From: the human T2T-CHM13v2.0 reference genome, Homo sapiens
DNA length: 64,000 nt
Reading direction: 5' to 3' (one strand)
Assembly (NCBI RefSeq): GCF_009914755.1
Contig: NC_060933.1
Shown: positions 56,838 through 64,000 of the stretch, piece by piece
How the letters are laid out: each line of letters starts with the position of its first letter
Numbering within the stretch: position 1 is the stretch's first letter
Notes under the pieces: model-generated
What the model was told of the DNA's origin: nothing
Seen by the model: the letters and a program-made list of their open reading frames with translations, nothing else
Database searches by the model: none
Translations under genes and position numbers: made by a program

Positions 56838-57889
56838 CCTGCAAATCTAATTTTTAGATTAAGAAATTTAGGAACCTAGTTGTTTTGTTTACCTTTGCTC
56901 AAACTGTCCTTTCTACCTGGAATATTCTCCTGCCCTCCTCCCTACCCTCCACGTCTGCCTGTCAGAAGCAGTCACCCTTTGGGGCAGGCCAAAACTCTCC
57001 CCTGGTCTTCTCTAGGGTACCCTCACCAGTGCTGCCTCCTCCTCAAGCCTCTCAGAAGGGCGCTTTCTTTGACCATCCCAGCCTCACTGCTCCCTCCTGC
57101 TGTGTACCCTGTGGATCTGCTTCCTTGCTGTCCCCCTCACTGCCCTGGAAGCGCTGTGAAGGCAGGGCCTTCAGTTGAGCATACATCCCTGCACATAGTG
57201 GGCCCTCAAGAAGCATTTCCTAAATGACCAAGCTGGGGCTCCCCCAGCATTCTCAGGAGACAGGATTAAGTATTCTTCATTTCTGTCAGCAAACAGGAAA
57301 AGGTACAAAATAGTTATGCCCCCAATATTTCCTGAAACAAGGGACCCAAGCAGGAATCTCCCAGACTGAATCTATAAGGAACTGGAAATTCTTTTTCATT
57401 AACGCTCACCAAGTTTTATTGCAACTCTGCAGGCCTAAGCCCAGATGGAGCTTTTGTAAGTCCTCCACAATGGACCTAGACATCTATGAGTACTTTATAA
57501 ACAAAATACAGTAATTAACCTTGGGACCATCGAAAACCACATGAACAACCAGACTAAATTAATATTTACAAGATCAAACAGGACAGCAAAGACGATTAGA
57601 TCAAGGAAGATTTAGATGTGGGTCAACTCACACTGCAAACCACAAATGAAATCTGCTATTAAGATGCCTTATACTCACTCATAGCACTGATAAGCCACCT
57701 CTAAGACAGAACATTAGGACAGGTAAAGCATCTGGACTAATATCAGTATTGAGAGGACTCCCCATTATCCATCCGTTCACTGGAACCAAGAAAGCAGCCG
57801 AGACCATTAAATCCACAGATAACACAAAAGCCTCATTTTAGTCAAACCTCCACCACAGTGCAATTGCAATGATTAACAACGCTAAGAAA

Positions 57890-58130
57890 AGTAGCCATTT
57901 ATTGAGTCCTTATGATGTGCCAGATGCCACTTTAAGTACTTCAGGGGATTTAATTCATTGAAGCCTTACAACAACCCACAGAGGCAGCTGCCAGCTTAGG
58001 CCCATTTTTCAGATTAGGAAGCAAAAGGAGATTAATTCGCCCCCAGGACAGCCAGGAAGGCAGTGGTAAAAGCAGGGTCTGAACCTGGCATCAGACAGGG
58101 CCTGTGTGCTTAATCATCATGTCATACTGC
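57890..58130 (-). mobile_element. MIR
   Basis: atttattgagtccttatgatgtgccag...ccttacaacaaccc...cccatttttcagattaggaa. Confidence 0.75.
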
Positions 58131-58512
58131 TGTACACCTAAAATTGCAATTTTATCCTCGAATATAACAGGCATAACATTTGCTCACATTTCCATCAAAA
58201 TAACTATGGCATATTTGCTTGTTTCATGCCTTCCTTATGGTGACTTCATTAAGTCGGACAAATACTAGCATTTTTTATACCTCATTATTAGTTCCACAAC
58301 AGACACTGCTCATGCAAGGAACACAAAGATTAATCCTCTTTCTAAATCTTAGCGGAGTTCTAGCTGATGCAGTCATGACAGGGAAAAGCAGCAGCAAACT
58401 TCAAATGTATAAGGCTGATGCCCTAGTAAATAATTACACAGTAGCCGGCCTCCCATCCCAATGATAAAATGAGAATCGCTGGGTGAAAATACCACCAATT
58501 TCCAAGCAGGTA

Positions 58513-58705
58513 CAAGTTGAGCATCCCAAATCTCAAAATCCAAAATCCCAAATTTTTTTAGTGCCAACATGATATTCAAAGAAAATGTACTTTGGAACAT
58601 TTTGGATTTCAGATTTTTGGATTTAGGATACTCAACTGGTAAGTGTAATGCAAAATCTGAAAAACCTCTGGTCCCAAGCATTTTGAAAAAGGGATGTTCA
58701 ACCTG
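58513..58705. mobile_element. Tigger4a/b (MER46A/B-type) MITE with TA target duplication
   Basis: TIRs ta-caagttgagcatccc and gggatgttcaacctg-ta; internal ttttggatttcagattttt. Confidence 0.88.
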
Positions 58706-58769
58706 TATGAGCTCTTTCAGAAAAGCAACTTCTCAACTTTCACAGATTAGGAAAGGTATAGACACCGTG

Positions 58770-59250
58770 ACAGAGGGCTCACACCTTGCAGAGGATGACT
58801 CAGGTCTAGTTCAGCATAACACCTCTGTCTCTGAGAACTGTACACCCCAACTCCATGGACACATTCAGTGGACCAGAACAAAGAGCTGGCTCCAGATGCT
58901 CTCTCAAAAAATGGAACTAAAGATTCTTCATTCGGCTCATATGGCTGACCGACGCTGAGGTAATGTAAACTCAGAGGCCATGAGGCCATCGTGCCCTGAC
59001 AAGTACACCCATCTGCAGACAGCAAAGCCTGATAGAGACTCATGAGGAAGCAGAGACAAGGGACCATGGGGCCCCACAGCACCAAGACTCACAAAGGAGT
59101 TGCTCTAGCTCTTGGTGCCAGGCCCTTGCAAGGCCTGGCTATACTGTTTGCCCTCTGGTTCCACAAAACACCTAAATAATGCCTCCTTTTTGTTCACATG
59201 AACTCAAGTGAATCTTTTCCTTTTAATCACAAGAGCCTAGACAAAAGCAC
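58770..59250 (+). mobile_element. Highly diverged MaLR LTR (MLT1L/M/N-like)
   Basis: Weak similarity: atgtaaactcagaggcc...ggaagcagagac, ending cacaagagcctagacaaaagca. Confidence 0.4.
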
Positions 59251-59914
59251 ACCACCCGCGGTAATCCTCTGCCAGTCCCACCAAACAGGATGATCTACAG
59301 TGCTTGGCCATCCAGAGCTGTCTGGTTTCAGGCAAGGCATGTGTCCTCCTGTAGCCTTAGCGTCCTCATCCGGCAAACCAATCTAGTCTAGATTCACAAG
59401 TCACTGGGGACCAAATGAGAAACAAATGGAATGTGGGCTGTGGTCTGCTGTGAGCAGTTACTTCTATGGGTAATCACATATGGAGGCAGCCGCGGCAAAG
59501 GTCTGCCAGTGGTTGGTGTGCCTTCAAGAGGGAACAGAGCTGGGCTGCGCAGGCCACAGGTCACATGCATATGGTGTTTAAATATTCTCTTGCATCTGCA
59601 GCTAGTTTCCAGCCTGAAATAATCAGGAATAACTTAGTGGGACCTCCTTAAACTTCATTTGCTCTAGGATAGACATAAGCCAATGCGATGGCAATTAATT
59701 CAGTTTCCCACACTCACCGAGGGAGTGACTAGAAAATTCTGCCTGTACCTTGGATTTCCTAACACGTGGTCCCAAACGTTACTCATGAAAGTGAAAAGAC
59801 CTCCTGAGTTTATCTTTCTTTGAGACTCACAAATTGTCAATGCCCCCTCCACTTCCTCAGCCCTCCGTGGTGACAACAAAGGAGACATCAGGACTGTGGC
59901 GCCCAGTGAGTGGA

Positions 59915-60050
59915 GCCCGGTGAAATGGCATGCACCAACAATCCCAGTTACTTGGGAGAATGAGGCAGGAGGAGCCCTGGAGTCCAGGAGTTTGAATCTA
60001 ACCTGGACAATATAGTAAAACCTAATTTCTAAAAAATAAACAAAATAATA
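59915..60050 (+). mobile_element. FLAM-like Alu monomer
   Basis: atcccagttacttgggag...gaggcaggagg...ccaggagtttgaatctaacctggacaatatag and an A-rich tail. Confidence 0.8.
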
Positions 60051-60333
60051 AATTAACAGAGTGGAATGTTCTATCCTCAAGAAAAAAAACTTGTCAAGTG
60101 ATAATCCTATTTTTTTAAAGTTAAGAATTATATGAGGCTTGGCCACCACTTTTAAAAGTAAAAACTTTAAGCTGAGTGAAAATATGTAGAATGTGATCAT
60201 CTGAAAGTCACACATAAAAAGCACAATATAACATGATTTTTCCAATCTTTTTGTGCATAATCTAGGGACACTGGTCTCCCTCTTCCTACCTCACAGAGAG
60301 ATGGGTACATTACTTTTTTAGCAACTTGGAAGA

Positions 60334-60751
60334 TGGTACAATTTGGCTGTGTCCCTACCCAAATATCATCTTGAATTGTAGTTCCCATAACCCCCACATG
60401 TTGTGGGAGGGACCCAGTGGGAGGTAACTGAATCATGGGGTGGTCATCCCCACACTGTTCTCGTGACAGCGAGTTCATTCTCACAAGATCTGATGGTATC
60501 ATAAGGGGCTTTTCCCCCTTTGCTCAGCACTTCTCTCTCGGTATCATAAGGGGCTTTTCCCCCTTTGCTCAGCACTTCTCTCTCCTGCCGCCATGTGAAG
60601 AAGGACATGTTTGCTCCCCCTTCCAGTGCAATTGTAAGTTTCTTGGGGCCTTCCCAGCCATGCGGAACTGTGAGTCAATTAAATATCTTTTCTTTATAAA
60701 TTACCTAGTCTCAGGTATTTCTTCATAACAGCGTGAGAACAGACTCCTATA
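60334..60751 (+). mobile_element. THE1 (B/C-like) solo LTR containing a 45-bp tandem duplication
   Basis: tttggctgtgtccctacccaaat...ccagccatgcggaactgtgagtcaattaaa; flanks gaaga and gaagg. Confidence 0.92.
60495..60584. repeat. Perfect 2 x 45-bp tandem duplication
   Basis: ggtatcataaggggcttttccccctttgctcagcacttctctctc at 60495-60539 and 60540-60584. Confidence 0.97.
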
Positions 60752-61929
60752 GAAGGTCACGTGAAGGTCACTGGATGACACAAATATCTGGGCTCTCCAA
60801 ATCCACATCTCTACAACTTCAGTGAAACTGTATCAAAAGCTAAGGGTTTTATAACCAGCCCCATTAACAACATATCACATGTCACTTATTCTAAAACCTG
60901 AAATCATGATGCATTTTACGGTCACAGTGTCTGAAAATTACCTGTGGCAGTGCTTTATCTTTCTTAGTGGTACAAAGAATGAAGCGTCTTACACTTTATG
61001 GCACTTTACATTCAATAAAACAGAAGCGATTTGGTGAGTGTCACCCTTCCCCACCGTGCACACCTCCTTCCCATCCCTGAAGGAACTTTTAAGCCCACTC
61101 GGGCCCCATTCTGAAAACCCCACTTGACTGGAAAGAAGCAGCAGCAGCAGTCGGCTACAGACTCACACTACTTAGCAGAAAAATGAAATTTAACTCACAT
61201 GCAAAGATAAAAGGGGACAGCTCTCCGCAACTGAGACACAACATACGGGACCAGAATCCAAACAAGTCCTTTCTTCAAAGCTTCTAACCCGAACTTTGGA
61301 GAAAGTCTGGTATCTCAGAGAGGGCAAGAGGAACAGATCACCCTCAGAAAGACTCTGGTGGAGCACTACAGACCAGCCTGGGGGCTTAGTGAAAGGGAGG
61401 CCAGCTTCAAGTTTCAACAGTAATTTGTGCATAATGATCCTCTCAGGTTGACACAAGATAAATTAAATAAATTAATCAAAGTACAAATTGTGCTGGCAAG
61501 CTCTAGTGCCTAGCTTCTCCTAAGACCAACCTGCCAGCAATGCCAAGGCTGCGCCTCACAGCCACCAGCTCAGAGCTGGCAGGTGATGGGGCCGAGAGAT
61601 GCAGTCATGCTCTGAGCCAGAGGCAGCAATCTGAGGGGCGGGCCGAGGGAGGGCTCTGCTGAGCCGCGACAGTGGAAGCCTTAAACACAAGATCCATTAC
61701 AGCCTCAACACCCACAGCCATTTGTACATCATGGCTGGAAATAAATCCTCGGGAAAGCAGCCATTAATGCGCCTTGCCCAAAACCCAGCTGAAGATCCCT
61801 GTCTGCTGATTTGTGATACAGGGACATACGACTTCCCTCAACTTCCTCGCTTGGTATTACCAGTCTGAATGGCAGCTTAGGTGACTGTTGATATATTTAG
61901 TACCAATGCTCACTAATAAATTTCATTAT

Positions 61930-62135
61930 CATACTCCTCAGAGCTAACACTGAGGGAGCCCTGAGCTAAGTTCTTTACCAGGGTTAGCTCACTGAGTCTT
62001 CACAGACATCCTAGAAGGTAGGAACCATGATTCTCTCCATTTAAAGATGTGGAAACTAAGACTCAGGGGAGGTCAAGCAACCTACCCAAGGACACAGTAA
62101 AGAAACTGCAGAGCTTGGACTTGATCTAGTTACCT
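61930..62135 (-). mobile_element. MIR
   Basis: aggtaggaaccatgattctctccatttaaagatgtggaaactaagactcag...cccaaggacacag. Confidence 0.78.
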
Positions 62136-62715
62136 AATGCTGCTGGGAAGTTGGTTTCAAGGTAGAAAAACAGAAACAAATTAACAAAAATTCAGTTTCC
62201 ATTTTTTTTGTAGAAGAATCACTGATTAGCATAGGTATGACCCCCATGCGTAGAGATTAATGGGAGAATGAGGAAATGGGTGGCCCCCTGTTTTGGGGGA
62301 GGCAGTGACACACCATCTTGTCGAAATGCAGACACGTCACCACTGGCAGACAGACACAGTGGAAGAAGATGAGTGTTCACAAAAAGCTGTAGACACAAGC
62401 TTGACCTCTTTGGCTGCCAGCTCCATGTACACCTGTAAGATACAGATATCCCTGTCATAAGGCAAATTTGATGTAGGCCAACTCTCAAAGGCCTTTCTCA
62501 TCAGTTGGACAAATGTGCAGAGAGACGGCAAAATTTACTACTCCCCCTCCCACCCGACTGTGACCACTGCACGGTCCCACATGATGGCTCCATTTCTATA
62601 GAAGCTTCCTTCAAGGGCCGCCCTTTCCAAGCTTCTACAGGAAACCCTTTACGGTCCCCACCAAGCACACTGTGTTGCTCAACTGGAAAATTCAGTTTTC
62701 AAACAAAATGTTTCA

Positions 62716-63042
<327 letters not shown>

Positions 63043-63659
63043 TCAGAGGACAGTGTCTACAAGTTTTAAGTTTCTTTTCATCTCCTGTCACCCTACAAGT
63101 AGCTCTTTCTTCATCAACTAATGGACTGATACAAGAGCCTTTCTGCATCTACAGCCATTTCTCCAACACTAAAGGACACTTTAGGATAGAAAGGGGGGCG
63201 GCAAAAGGATGTGGGTGAAACCTTGATGGATGGATGCTGAACCTTAACTTCAGACATAAGTTCTCCAAATGAAAAGTAAGTCAGAGCTAAAAGGGCCAAC
63301 GGTGCCTTATTCACAGCACATGCCTGCAGGCCCTGTCCCTTGAGGGCCAAGGAGTGGCTATGGGAGGGTATGTCTCAGTCTCAGCCAGCATGGTTAGAAC
63401 TGGAGGTGATGCTAAGGTATAAAAATAACCACACTTTACACCTTTTGACTTTGGTTGTAAGATCTTGCTTTTTATACTGACACTGCTAGTAGCTGGTAAG
63501 TGAAGTTGATGTGGCATACTTTCAAACTATATTGTTTTAGCTTGAATGGTCTATAATAAACTTTTATAGAGCATAACATGTTAATCACTATAAAATTTGT
63601 TGTATTTTAAGAAGGGTCTAAACATTTTATTAATAAAATGCCTTGTTTACAAATCACTC

Positions 63660-63790
63660 CTGCCATCAACCTCATTTTACAGATCAGGAAACAGGAGTGA
63701 GCTGAACAACGTCACCAGTTACTAAAGGGCAGCAGCAGGGCTGGCACCCAGGCCACCCACCGGGCCCCAGAGCCCAGGCTTTCACCCCAT
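63660..63790 (-). mobile_element. MIR core fragment
   Basis: ctcattttacagatcaggaaacagg...cccagagcccaggct. Confidence 0.6.
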
Positions 63791-64000
63791 TCATCGCAGC
63801 TGCTCCTGGCTTGATGCAATGACAGGCATGTCCATGCTTCAGAAACTGTGAAGGGCTAAAATAAACATAAGGTATTTCTCTGACTTTCACTGTATCCTTT
63901 CTTTGCCCTTTTCATAACTGCCTCAAAATAATCAGGATAATTTACCTTCTGTTTGTATCCCCAAACTAGTTTTAAAAAAGAAAAAAACAAGCCTTAATAT

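Noticed and set aside
59700-60245. 181-aa minus-strand ORF
   Set aside because: Spans an Alu monomer and AT-rich sequence, starts at TTG, and the peptide is unrecognisable.

Overview
Primate, almost certainly human, non-coding genomic DNA: a near-consensus AluYa5 is present, and there is no CpG island. I cannot support any protein-coding exon; every ORF in the track is short and either repeat-derived or unrecognisable. The window is a mosaic of Alu/FLAM, L1, L2, MIR, MaLR LTRs (MLT1, MST, THE1) and DNA transposons (MER5, MER3, MER46/Tigger4, MER85), interleaved with repeat-poor blocks that look like enhancers. Most L1s and LTRs lie on + and the + strand appears A-rich, which suggests a large intron of an unidentified gene transcribed from the - strand. 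Best leads: (1) a ~1.1-kb TSD-flanked, polyadenylated chimeric retro-insertion (48489-49630) that splits an old L1 and contains an L1 5'-end-like piece, a hairpin junction and colinear U3-snoRNA-like blocks; (2) a 152-bp nested palindrome whose loop tip is amplified into four perfect 22-bp units (2091-2242); (3) a twin-primed 5'-inverted L1PA; (4) an AluYa5 likely to be recent; (5) a MER85 with an intact CSB-PGBD3 binding palindrome. Repeat names come from consensus sequences recalled from memory, and boundaries of old repeats are approximate.
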